A stretch of 64,000 bases of DNA from Camelus dromedarius. Lineage: Eukaryota. Positions 40,101 to 52,680 of this stretch are shown here, one piece after another. Both the position numbers and the translations under genes were made by a program. The notes beneath the pieces were generated by a model that was given only the letters and a program-made list of their open reading frames with translations, searched no databases and was not told the origin of the DNA. The DNA lies in the NCBI RefSeq assembly GCF_036321535.1, contig NC_087436.1, positions 29,700,001 to 29,764,000 on the forward strand, read 5' to 3'. Numbering within the stretch: the stretch's first letter is position 1; every line of letters starts with the position of its first letter.

Positions 40101-41879
40101 AGATGCAAATAGGGTGGTAGGTATCTGGGTAGAAATTTTAGGAAGTTTTCTTCTAAATGCTTTATTTTGCCAGTAACTCATAAGAAATGCCTATAAGCAG
40201 ACAGGCGGTATATGGACATATTGGAGATTCAAGCTGAAAACGGACGATAGGAGTGGATTCCACTTCCTCAGACTATGGACGAGAGAAATTCGAGAGGAAT
40301 AATCAGAGAAATAAAAGTGCATAACTGAGCGGTGCTTAGTGTTCCCCTAGTGTTATTCGATAAGAAAAGAATATCTTTATGAGAACGAAACTGCAGTTCT
40401 CAGTAATTTGACCAACACGTGGTATCATATCCTCTGAGGTTGTTCACAGAGTCTGTGCCAGGATCACAGTTAACTCATACTCTGTTTTGTGCTGGTTAAG
40501 ATAGGTTTTTCTGGCATTGAAGAAGTATGGCAGAAGCTAATGTTACCTAATTTGAAGTTATCAAGAAGATTCATTTATAATCTAAATGTGCATTTTATGC
40601 TGTGTTAAATCGGTAATCCTCGCCAATTCAGACTAATTGACAAAGAAACCAATCACCATAAATGAAAAGATTACATTTTCACTTTGTTTAAACAAATCCT
40701 GGTGTATTTATTTACTTACTTATTTGGTGTTTTTTGAAATCAGTACCAGCCTAGGAATGATATCTAATAACAGTCATTTGTTTATAGATGAAAATTCCCA
40801 GGGACGTCATTCAGACTGTTTATAATCTATAATTAGATTTTTAACGGGAGTCAATATTATTACTACTTTGCAAGAATGAAATCTGAATTTCAAATTAATT
40901 TAATCAAGTTTATGTAAACTGAGTTACAAAGCAAGATTTAAGTATAATCCTATTTAAAACCAATAATTGTTTTTACTAAATTAGATTACGAATCACATAA
41001 ATTGTCTACTAAAATAAGAAGAAATTATTTGTAAATATGTATTAATGATTTAAAATGCAACATAACTGTAATATGTTTTTATTTATAATAGTCACACATG
41101 AGATACAGTATCCTTAATACTTGTATCATTGAAAACAGTTTATTATCTGAAGATATATTTATTACTTCTCTTCTAATATGTTTATGCTTTAATTTAATGC
41201 TAACATGATGTTTTAACTTGAACAACTTAAGTACTTTATAGGTGGAATCTCAATTGATGAAATTTTATTATTCAGTTAGTACTATGTTGTGATTCCTGCT
41301 TTGCCTCACAAACCAATCTCTAACAGATTATTACAAAACACTGTTGTTCTATGCCAATTTTCTCAAGTTTCCTCAGCGGAATCAACATTACAAAAGCTAT
41401 ATTTAAACCCAACGCCATGAACTTAAGTCACAGAGGCAAGCTGAAACTACTGTATTTGCTTTGAGCGTCTACACATTGTATTAAAGGTTATCGGATGCAA
41501 TTCAAATCTAACTTCATTTGAGGATAACCCCAGGCATTGTATGTCCGTATTTCTTGTAATTTTGGATTGGCTACCTGAAATTCATTCAGTTTTGCCTCCA
41601 AGCACCCACTAACCTCAGACCAAAAAGCATAAAAGCTATTATGTGATGATCAGCCTCTGCAGACCAGACACACCAGGCACGTGCAACTGTACAGTGCTCA
41701 TGGCTCACAAAAAGAAACCTAATTCTCTCGGCTGAAGTGACATGTGAAAATAATTACTTAACCTAAAAATAACCTCTCATAGTTTAGCAAATAGAGTTGA
41801 AGGCAGTAAAAATGTATTATATTCCATGTAGCCTTTTAATATATTTTTTCCTTTATAACAGAGCTTCTTTTCCTCTATT

Positions 41880-41995
41880 TGCAGATTTTTTGAGTAGTGA
41901 GTCAGTTACACTTGTTTTTATTATCCCTCACAGACCTATCAGGGTGCTTTGTACATTAATAGTCACCCATGAAATATCATTGAGTTGAATTAAGT
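41880..41995 (+). mobile_element. L2 3' end remnant
   Basis: tatccctcacagacctatcagggtgctttgtacattaatagtcacccatgaaatatcattgagttgaattaa. Confidence 0.45.
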
Positions 41996-42690
41996 TCAGC
42001 AGCAGTTTAAAGGTATTTTTGGATGAATACATTAAAGTAATACAAGTAGATAAAGTACTACTGAAGCATTCTTGATTACAACATCATGAAACGTCTTTAG
42101 CCATGGTAAGTATTAAAATGTAGGAATAAGTAGTAATGAGATATGTTCAAATTTGAACTGTGACAGACAAGGAAGACTAGATTTTAGGTATAAATATTTA
42201 AAGATTGATCTTTATGAAACACTGAGGTCTAAAATCATTTGCACAGATATTTATTATTCTAGTCAAGAGATTAAAATATTTGACAATTGCAAAATGTATA
42301 AGATTTGTTAAACACAGCCTGAGTGCATAGAAATTGCTATACAGTTTAGTCTAGTATACAAAATTATATAATAAGTATAAAAAGGAAATTTATTTCTTAT
42401 CAAAGTTTTGTTTATCACTGGAAAGGTGTAGTCAATTTCTGCTACTTACTTATTACTGTTAAGCATATAACTTAATGAACTAAACACATTAATTTCTGCA
42501 GTGGATGGAAATATGTCTTGTCCCAGGTAAAATTTTCATATGTCCAAGTTAAATTTTATCTTGAGCATCTTCTTATTTCCTTTTTAACATTTTTCCAAAG
42601 GTTAACATGTTGCCCAAATAAAGTCTTATTTCCAGAAACTACTCCTTAATGTAAGGATCTTTTTGGTGTGATCTATTTAAGCGGTGCTGA

Positions 42691-42781
42691 AAATGAATAT
42701 ATTTCTGTATATGCATGACTGGGACAATGCGCTGTGTACCAGAAATTGACACATTGTAACTGCTTATACTTCAATTTAAAA
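42691..42781 (+). mobile_element. Extremely 5'-truncated young L1 (3' terminal about 90 bp)
   Basis: gcatgactgggacaatgcgctgtgtaccagaaattgacacattgtaactg..tatacttcaatt plus A tail. TSD AAGCGGTGCTGA / AAATGGTGCTGA (42679-42690, 42782-42793). Confidence 0.85.
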
Positions 42782-43069
42782 AAATGGTGCTGATATTTCT
42801 GTCAGACTGCAAAGGTTATAACTGAGGTTAGGAAGAGGAATTCCTATACAAATCTTGTAACTGTTCCTTCATTAGGTGTCAGGGTAGAATTTATACAAGA
42901 CATAGTTTTAAGACCAAGGCTGTTATTACCTGAAAAATTAAAACAGGCAAATTCCATGTGCTTACTTAAACTTAAAAGTGGCATTTCTGTGCAAATTAGC
43001 CCAGAGTGTGAAGTAAAAGAGAACTCTTGAGACATTTTGAGTCTTCATGGCCAATTCTTCTCCTCTATA

Positions 43070-43222
43070 CAATTGAGAGAAATCTGCATCACTTGCGTTA
43101 TTCAACCTAGATCTGAACCCAAATTTACAGAGTCAGATTCTCTGGGGTCACAGCCGAAGTGTCCACCTTTTATTAATAATCCCATGATGATTCACATGTA
43201 CAATGGAGTTTGAGAACATTGT
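43070..43222. mobile_element. MER5A-like hAT DNA transposon remnant
   Basis: cagagtcagattctctgggg...ttttattaataatcccatgatgattcacatgtaca..gagtttgagaacattg. Confidence 0.55.
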
Positions 43223-43229
43223 CTAAACA

Positions 43230-43480
43230 CATGGACCATGGTTAAAGTGAGGCAATTCTGACATGATGCCAAGCCATCTAAACTTAGATTGTTAAAATGT
43301 GGGTTTAGGGCGCTTGCTATCATATACTTACATCTCCTTGAGAAAAATCATTTAACTTCTATTATCCAGTTTTCTTCTCAATAAAATTGTAATAAGAGTC
43401 CATATTTTATGAGGTATTTGAGTTTTTGAGATAATCAAATGTGACAATACATGCAAAAGTAATGCAAAAATTATCCATAA
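43230..43480 (+). mobile_element. MIR SINE remnant
   Basis: ccttgagaaaaatcatttaacttct...cagttttcttctcaataaaattgtaataagag resembles the MIR core. Confidence 0.5.
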
Positions 43481-45206
43481 AACATTTTATACAGTATGGT
43501 GTCAGTAGGCTCTTTTTAATTGAGTTACTCTATGAAAAAATCTGGATCAATTACTTTTAATAGCAAGAATGGGACATTCCACTTGGGTAATGAAGTTTCA
43601 GTGATATAATACATTTAGAAATACTCTCTCTCCCTTTAAGGAACATGCCTAGGGGTATCCCACAGAATGATGGTTTCTTTTTAAGGCTCCTGGTTAATGG
43701 CACCTCCTTCAGGTTTCTCTGGTATTATACAATGTTTGTGACTGCCAAGCCATGTTAATAAAGTAATTACGCAATTCTTCTAATAACTGAATAGAGTTCT
43801 CCTCTGAATCACTGCCCAAGTATAATTACTGTTGCTATCTTACTAAATATTTAATACCACCTATACAAAGTTGAATAATAAGTCACCTAAACAAATATTT
43901 AATACACCAGTAATACATTCAAGAAGATATAAAGCAGGAAAAAGTATTTCAGAATAAAAAGACTTTGAAGTTTCCTGTATTACTTGATGCAATTTAGGGT
44001 AGAGTCTCAAGAAAACATTTTTTTTTCCTTCTTCTGCATCAGCTCATCTCCGAACCAATTTATTTCTGAAATAGGCCCCAGGGGCAGACTGGTTGGTGAC
44101 TGTAATGGGGGATATCTGACTGGCCACTCAAGGAAATTGCTATGGACTTTTAATCTTATTTTGATTAAGTTCTGTGTAGACTGTGTCTGCCAGGCTAGCA
44201 CTAAGATTACTGTTTCTGAGCTCCTTTGGCTGCTGTTGGACTGAAACTTAAAATTTTTTCTACTTTTTCAAGGTTAAGTTGAACCAATATTACCCATTTC
44301 TTGTAAATAGTGCATATTTAGGTTTTAACTTGCTCTAGAAACTATTACGCTAATAAAGACATCATTCAACAAGTCACAAGTTTATGGAAGTAATTTTTTT
44401 TTTGGAAAAATAGTTTTATGTTTTTAAAAAAAAGGAAAATTCCCTTTAGGGGAAAAACAGGATATCTGCATGTGTTTGAAGTTGCAAAATGACAATTTTA
44501 GAAGGAAATCAAATATAGTTTAAAAATAACTAATCAAAAAGATATTTAGTGTAGAGCAGCATGGATATGGATAAACTGTAGGAGGATTTCTTTTTAAATC
44601 TGTTTTTAGCAAAGATTTAATCAAAATAAGGAAAACTTAATGTGCTCTATTTCAGAGCCACCACAATAGAAACAATAAGACATTGCCTTTCATCTTGCAG
44701 TGGATGAACACCGTTAACTGCCTACCCATCAATCCACTCAAGAGGGATTTCTTCTTCTTCTAAATGGCATTCTGATAGTATGCAAGAATCTACCCTTCCC
44801 CCATGCAGCATACATGAATCAGGGAAATCTCATCCTGCTCCAAAGGGCAGAGATGGCCCCTTTGTGGTCAAGATCTTTCCTTTTTTTTTAGCTCAAAGAT
44901 TCTGTAGGAAACCCAGACTTAACATCAGTTTATAGCACTGCTTCTAAGCCGATAATGATTCACGGGTGAGCAGGTGATTTAATATGGCCTAATCAGGCAC
45001 AAAAGATGGGCTTCCATTTCATTACTGAAACATAAATTCCATCTCCTTTCAATATAAGAGTAACAAAAAATACTGCACCAGTTGTTATCAGGAAAAAAAA
45101 AAGCCGTAATATGAAACACTTCCCTCTTCAGGATGTGTCTGAGAATTTCTTCACTGTTAAAACAAGTTAAGAGCAGACTTTCTGTTGTTTGTCTTGAATG
45201 CATTTT

Positions 45207-45850
45207 TGTCGCCAGTGATCAGGTTTTTGTCTTGTCACAGAAAGAATTCAGACACAAGACACGGAGGTTAAGAAAGTAAAGTGGGCATTTATTAAGGGAT
45301 AGATAGTACGCCTTCAACGGAGAGTGGGCAGGGTCAGGTGAGCAGCTGCCCGGAGTTTCTTTGGCAAGTTGGTTACATAGATGTAAAAATGAATGGGTGG
45401 AATATTCATTGGGGAGGGAAGGGTTTGGCCTCATATTCCCTGATTTTCATCCCAGCTCCACCTTCCTGAGGGGAGGAAGGATTTTTATTCTTACTTAGTT
45501 TGGATCGGAAATGTCATGTCATCGGAAGTGTTGGTGCAAGATGAGTACTGCAAGGCTATTTTACTGAAATAAAAGCATAATGAGCAAAAGGTTACATTCG
45601 AACACTGGAGATTCCTGCCTTTTCCTACCTTTCTCTGTCGGCCTCCAGGCCACTTGTCATCCCAAAATGTGTGAGCGCTTATCAGCTCAGAGGTTCCCAT
45701 TTTTCTTTCTCTTCTCAGGGACCCCTGGTGCTTACGTGATGTATGGTTTCCTGTTTTTGGCCCATGCCTCTCCTTTTTTGCCTACTTCCTGCCATTTTTG
45801 ACTATGTCGCCTTTTCTCTGCTCATATCTAGCTTTCTGCCTGCTCTAACA
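45207..45850 (-). mobile_element. Young solo ERV1-class LTR
   Basis: TGT...ACA termini and 4-bp TSD TTTT (45203-45206, 45851-45854). Minus-strand AATAAA at 45288-45293. GC- and CpG-richer than the flanks. Confidence 0.85.
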
Positions 45851-45970
45851 TTTTGATGTTTCTGCTTTTACATATTACTTATTAATTATTTGGTATATCT
45901 GTGACTTAGAACAAAACTTCTCAGTTGTCTGCAGTAGCACACTGATGAGGAAGGTGTGTTACAGGAGAGG

Positions 45971-46026
45971 TGGGGTCTGATCCCTATAGCCGTTAGCCAA
46001 TCATGTGGACCCTGGGCAGCCAGGAT
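45971..46026 (+). repeat. Left arm of a 56-bp inverted repeat (partner 48167-48222)
   Basis: tggggtctgatccctatagccgttagccaatcatgtggaccctgggcagccaggat; its reverse complement matches 48167-48222 at 53/56. Confidence 0.95.
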
Positions 46027-47235
46027 CTTCAGGTCACCTGTTTCCAACCATAAGCAGTGTGCTTATGTGGTCTTCAACTACTATTCACTTATTTTAAAGC
46101 AGTACAGTCGGAAATGGTAGTGAAGTGCTGGTCTAGAAGATCTGATTTATAATTCAGGGCAATTCTATTGGTCATAGTCGAATGGACAGGAGTATTCCAG
46201 TCATCTCTTCAAACATAGTAATTTCTTATATTGCCCTCACTAGGAAAGCCTAATATTTTTCAACTATACACTTGTTCATTTAGAACTTGGTGATGTCAAG
46301 AAATAGCTCTATAAGAGGTAGTATACAATGCAAATTGTTTTCCTTATAAACCTTCAACAGTCAATATTTTGCTTGATTTTTAATGTATCCACTAGCTCTG
46401 TAGAGAATTAATGAAAATTTTGGTAATATATTTAAAATGTAGTAAAATATTAAAAAGATTGTCCTACAAATTAAAGCAACAGCAATTGTAATATAAAATT
46501 TTCTATAGTTTATTATCTAGTAATTAGTTCTAAACCATTACTGAAGTACGTATTTGCTTTTTGCTTCTTAACAACTCTAAGTTAGTTTCAAATTCAATTA
46601 TTTCTAAGAAGATGCATTAATTAATACATGATTAACTGGTTATTAGTTATTGTTATTTTCATCAGAATCATATACAAAGCCATGTGAGGGTACATAGGAA
46701 AGTTCTATTTTCAATCAGTGGGTAGTTGTGAAACTCAGAGTAAAGTTTTTGTTTTCCTGCAGAGTTATTTTTTAATCTCTTTAAAAATGTTTTCCAAGCC
46801 TATTTACGTATGGATTTTAATAGACTGGATGTCATATATCAATATTAGCATACTACTAATTTAAATGCCTCAAGAAAGACGAAATCTCAAAAAATAAAAT
46901 AAGCTCAAAAGCCCCCACAGCTGAGTTTGGAAAGGAAATTTCTATGTTAAGAACTAACAGAAGTAGTCATTCATATTACTTCTAATCTTCCCTACGGTTT
47001 TATTCCTAGTCTTGGAGTTATCAGTTTCTCATTGCATAATGGTCCCAAGGAGTTAGTTACAACCTCTCTTTTCTTTTCCCTTTTTAATTTTACAATGTAA
47101 TTTGTTTTTAATTTATTTTATGGTTTTAATTATATTTAATGTAATTAAAGATATCAGAAGTAAAACTCTTCACATATTCACAAATATATCATCTGTCTCT
47201 CTATACATTTTTAACTCTGACCCTTTATACAGAAG

Positions 47236-47863
47236 TGATTGAGAAATCTCAGATTCCCGAGACTGCTCTTGACCATGAAAACGTATCCAGTGTCAGATTC
47301 ACATTTTGAACCCTGAGAATGTAAGCAGCTTTTTGTCTCTTTCCTGTTTGTCAATGTCTGTTTCCCTTAAACCTTAATTATAAAAATGAGATCACTGGGT
47401 AACATTTAACCTAACTCCTGACTTATGTTCTACTAAATGCACAATACCTTGCCTACCCTGTTGATTCGTTCCCTAGACTAAAAGAAGTAGGAATGAAGAA
47501 TTAAGTAAAGAATAACTAGCTCTCTACCTGCAGCAGCCTTCTTTAGCAATGCTGCAGGCAGACCACGAAGGGACAAGATAACAGTTGAAGACCGATCATG
47601 AGTAGTCAGCTAGCTTCCACACAATGGAAAATGACACAGAGCTTGATCTCCTGAATTGATGATGCACTGAAATTCTTTCCCCCTTTTCCCTTTAAAAACT
47701 GTCATGGCTGAGCAGACTCTTTGGAGTTGGTTTTGGGACATGTGTAGACCTTCTCCCCAGATTGCCAGTTTTTCTGATTAAAATAAACTTTCTTTTCTAC
47801 CAACACTTGCCTCTTGAGTATTGGTTTTTGAGAGGCGAGCAGCTAGACCTAAGCCCAGTAACA
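47236..47863 (+). mobile_element. Solo ERV LTR (ERV1-like)
   Basis: TG...AACA termini and perfect 5-bp TSD AGAAG (47231-47235, 47864-47868). TTTAAAAA TATA-like box near 47691 and AATAAA at 47782-47787. Confidence 0.85.
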
Positions 47864-48166
47864 AGAAGTCAGCACAGTCATGTGTTATTCTTTCCGTAAG
47901 TATTTTAATGGAAACATTTAATGGGAACCTTTCCTTTTGGTTTCCATTATGACATATAAGTACTTTAAGTATTTGGCCTGTGAAAGCATCTGCCATTTGC
48001 CAAAACATGGATGGACATTGAGTACATTATGCAAAACATTTCTTTTATGTAGGAATCCTGTTATACAACCTTCCCACACTGAAGCTGTGTGTGAGTAGAG
48101 TTCCTCTTCCTACCACCTGGAGACCAAATCATAGACCAGACTTAAGTATGGCTGGCTAGCCCCTAA

Positions 48167-48222
48167 ATCCTGGCTGCCCAGGGTCCACATGATTGGCTAA
48201 CAGCTGTAGAGATCAGACCCCA
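48167..48222 (-). repeat. Right arm of a 56-bp inverted repeat (partner 45971-46026)
   Basis: atcctggctgcccagggtccacatgattggctaacagctgtagagatcagacccca; three transition differences from the left arm. Confidence 0.95.
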
Positions 48223-49934
48223 AAGGCCACATCACAAACGGACCTCCCTCCTTTGCCCAATATTGGCTTTGAGTTGTTCTTTGATTCCTGTCTAGCCTTT
48301 TCCTCCTGCTTTTTTTGGTGAATTTTAATAGCTGTCTTATACCTTTTCAATACATTTATTTTTGCTGGCTTAAAATTACAGATACCTTCTATTGTTTTCA
48401 ACAAATTACACTAACTAAAATAAAAGTCAAATATATTGCTAACACACTGGATTAACTACATTTAAATTGTTTTCCTTGTTGTAAGAATTATTCTAGTATT
48501 TCTTATATTAATATACATTGTGAATCTCCAGTTGAGGCAGTATGCAATACATTGTAAGAAATATCATTTATCTGTTAGACTCCTTAAGTTAAAAAATATA
48601 TATTTATCAGTATGTAACTTCCTGATTATCAAAGACAAGAACAAAATTAAGCTCTTACATAAAATAAGGAAACTTACATATCTTTATTTCCCTATCTCAC
48701 ATGCTACTTATTTATGGATATTTTTATTCTTAATTTATCACTTAATATTTAAAACTTTACTGCCAAGGAATTCTCATATTGAGAATAGTTTGCAACCATA
48801 CTTGTATCTATTACTTTGTTTTTGCATTATTTTTGGAAGTCAAAATGTGCTGTCTATAATTTAGGGAAAAGTTATTTCATAAGTTTTTTTGTATCGTGTT
48901 ATCTCTAGAATCTCCATGTTATCTTTAAGCTCATCTTCAAGATAAGCTTGATGGGTAAATATTCCAAACTTCTGATTATCTGAGAACAACATTATGTTGT
49001 TTTCACATACACACTAATGGTGAAGCTGAGAATGAAATTCTAAGTAGTTTCGTAGAAGTAACAGATTTCAAATATCTATAAATGACTGCTACAATGTCTT
49101 CGTATATTTGCTGTTCTGCAGATGAGTCTGTGTCACTCTAAAATTTTTTATAGTTAAATTTCCAATTTTTGCATCTTATTTATAGGGATTTTTCTTTGGA
49201 AATTTAGACTTTGCAAAATATCTGCTGGTGTAGTAACTTTTAAAAACTTTTCTGAGAGTAATTAGTGAGCTTTAATCAACATACTTGCTTATTCTTTTTC
49301 AATCATGCATATTTTTCTAATATTATATTTTATTAACTTACCTCTTTTAATTTTCCTCATTGCTTTCTCAAGAGCAGCTACATTCTTGGATTATAGTCAG
49401 GGTTTAGACTGCTGTCATCTTATTTTTGATTACTTTGATTGCCCGATCTTTCTCATACACGGTGTTGGAGGGCTTCACACATCAGTAATATGTTACTATT
49501 TCAATAGTCTGCAATAACAATTCTGACATTCACTGCCCCAAATAAACATCAGCTTAATTTGTTCTGACTCCTTAAAATGCTGTACTATCTCACACAGGTG
49601 TTTTTAATCTCAGATTTTCAACTTTGAAGTTTTCTTTCCATCTATGCTCATTCTTCATATGTCTTTTTTTTTCTTTCTGTATTTCATACAAGCCACTTCT
49701 TTTTGCAAGCTACTGAAATGGATTTCTGTCTTGTAAGAAAGTCTGGAATTGTCAATAGATTTTTTTCAGAGTCATAATTAGCACTGACTTCTTTAGGATG
49801 TTTTTCCTTTTCTGTTTTGCATGTTTTTGTATTTCATCAGACAGACATTTTACTTATCTGTACTAATAAAATTATTTATTGTTGATATTTTCCATTTGTA
49901 ACAATATATGGAATCTACCCTTTGTGCTTCACTT

Positions 49935-50330
49935 TTTTGTTATTAAAATTGTTTATTTGCAAGCAGTAGAAACCAAATCTAACTTACGTGAAGCAAAAAA
50001 GAGACTTACTAGAAACATACTGGTAGGCTTACTGAATTGAATGGCAGAATGTAAAACCAAGTCACGAGAAGGAAGAATTAGGCATCAGAAGCAGAACTGG
50101 TGAGTTCTCTTGTAGGCGCTAGGATCACATAAAAGACGAAGCTCTCATTCCCTTCCAGCCTGTGTGCCTCAGCTAAAGATGCAAATTTCTGGGAAGCGAA
50201 TTCCACTGGCCTTTGGTAATGACCTCATCACTGTTATCACAGGGGGAAAATCTGTTATTAGAAGCCCAGGAGCAGAACAAGGGAAAAGAGGTGCAGGTAT
50301 CAAAAGAAGGGGAGGTCCAAAGTGATATTA
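49935..50330 (-). mobile_element. Old MaLR MLT1 (J/K-like) LTR
   Basis: ttgcaagcagtagaaaccaaatctaactt...aagcaaaaaagagacttactagaa...gcttactgaattgaatggcaga. Confidence 0.5.
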
Positions 50331-51523
50331 GAGCAAATTTCATCTGCGTTTCTCCCTTTTCCAGTTTAACTCCACTTCAGTTTCTGTCAGCTTGTTATTT
50401 GTCTTTGGTGCCTTCAAAGATTTGCTTATTATATTTTGTCCAAAGTTCGACTGTTATCTGTGGGAGGATACAATTCTTACACACTACAGAACCATTATTT
50501 GAAGCAGAATCACCATGTGTTTTTATTATTGAAGGTGCACTCTGCACTATTTATGTGCAGGGTTTTGTATATGCCCACTAGATCAAGTTCATTTAAGGTA
50601 GTTCAGACCTTCCCATGATTCCACTAAGATTCTTTCTCCTAATTATATAAATGACTGAGAAACTGTGTTAAAATGTCCTACTGTGACTGTGATTTCATTG
50701 TGATAATGAAAACTTTTACATTATGTATTTTGAGACTATATTATTACATTCTTCACAAAATGTCCCCATTATCACTGACAATTCTTCGGCCTCAAAGACT
50801 TTTTTCTTCTATGAATATGGTTATGCCAGTTGTCTTTTGGATAGCAGTCTCATGTTATACCTTTTCCCATTGTTTTATTTTTGAGCTTCTGTTTTTCTGT
50901 ACTGCAAACCTATTAAATATAGATAAAATATAGTGAGGTTTTGTTCCTCTACCTTCAAGTCTTTGTCTTTGGACGACTCATGAAAGATTTTTACCTATTT
51001 GTATAAATTAAATTATGTGTGTGTGTTAAATACCTGTTCTTAACTTACAATAATCATTTATCCAGCTTGATGAAATTAGTTCTCTCTTCTCATTCTTTTT
51101 TATTTTTATCATTATTTTTTCTACTTTGAAAATATATTTCTATTTCTATCTCTCATTGGTTGCTCTAGAAAAGAAATGTATTTTTTGGTTTAATTCTAAT
51201 GTTAATCAATACCCATACCTCCTTCTTGAATTATATGAGAAATTTAACTCCACATATAAGTGAACAAACTTTTACAAAATTGCACAACCTAATTTTCTTT
51301 ATGCGTTATTTGAAGAATTCAGAGGTAAAATTTTTCCTAAACACTGAAGGTTATTTTCCTTCAGTTTGAATTATATCATTTAAAATTTTATTTTAGTGAA
51401 GTTCTACTGAAGACAAATTACGAATCTTGGTTTATCTCAGTTATTTCACTTTCATTATTGGAATATACTGTTAATAAACAGAAATTTTACATTTTTAAAA
51501 CATACTGTGGTTATCATTCCATT

Positions 51524-51864
51524 TGTTGACCTAAATTAAATAGATTGCCAGATGTTTATCCAGCAAATACGAGCTTATTCAGGATCAGCAGAAAACTGCA
51601 ATTCAGAATCTGCAACCACGGTGAGCCATGTGCAAACCCCCACACAGCAAGGGAAAGACAATGCTTTTACAGAAGAGAAAAGGGAGTTGGAAGGGCTACA
51701 GTAAACAGAGTCCATGTCTGTGGCTTGTCTTTGGCTGAGTCCTGACCAGGAGAGAAGAGTCTCTTCTTCCTATCGGGCTCTGCTATTGTGACAGCACGTA
51801 AGAGATCCTCTTCTGATCTCCAAACTCTATTTAACTGAGGTTTCTGTTTACTAAATTTTTTACA
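51524..51864 (-). mobile_element. Short solo ERV1-class LTR (341 bp) nested in old L1
   Basis: TGT...ACA termini and near-TSD CATT/CATC. GC-richer block that cleanly splits an old L1 motif. Confidence 0.75.
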
Positions 51865-52509
51865 CATCTTACTGTGAATTTTTTTTTTTCTGATGAGAAA
51901 TTAGCTGTCAGGCTAATTGTTGTTTCTTTAGAATTAATCTTTTTGTTTTTAGGCAGTTTTTAAGATTTTTTGCATCTTTTGTTTTCTGCAGTTCACTTTT
52001 CTTACCTTGCTGAGAATTTGTTGACCTGCTCAAATCTGTTTACATCTGTCTTTCATCAGTACTTAAAAAGCATTACACATTATCTCTTTAGCTATTGCCC
52101 TTAGCCTTTGAAATCTATCTTCTAATCTCTGTGTCTTTTAACTTGTCTTCCATATTTTCTTTCATTTTATTTCTCCCTGTTAACACTTGGGTTATTTTTC
52201 TAGTAGTTCTCTGTTATTTCTAGTCGGTGTTTCTTTTTTTAAATATGCCAGGTTCACTTTTGTATTTTCCTACATGCATCTTCAAGTTTGTATTTTGTTC
52301 CTTTAAATTTATACGTATACGTGTTCTTTAAGGTCTGCTTGGTAAATTCTGTGATTTAAAGTTTTATTCTGTTTCTCTTGTCTGTTGATTTTTTTTTCAG
52401 ATATTCTGTTCTCCCTGACAATGTGCTTATCCATTCTCTCTCATGTACTCAAGCATGTACTTGAGCACACACACAGGAAAGCAACACTCACATACACATA
52501 CACACACAC

Positions 52510-52680
52510 TATACTTCATACACTTTCATCAGGCCCTATTTTAAGTGATTTACAAAATTAATTAACTTAATTCTCAATGCATATCTACTAATTAGTTACT
52601 CTTATATTCACTTTACAGTTGAGGAAACAGAATCTCAGATAATAAATGACTTGGCCAAGTTCACACAGTTAATTAGTAAA
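52510..52680 (-). mobile_element. MIR SINE remnant
   Basis: tattcactttacagttgaggaaacagaatctcaga...aaatgacttggccaagttcacacagttaattagt. Confidence 0.7.

Noticed and set aside
41643..41735. C/D box snoRNA candidate (GTGATGA...CTGA, about 93 nt)
   Set aside because: No convincing terminal stem and no good rRNA antisense element; such box pairs arise often by chance.
43984..44244. Overlapping ORFs on both strands in a GC-richer patch
   Set aside because: Short, non-ATG starts and no recognisable homology.
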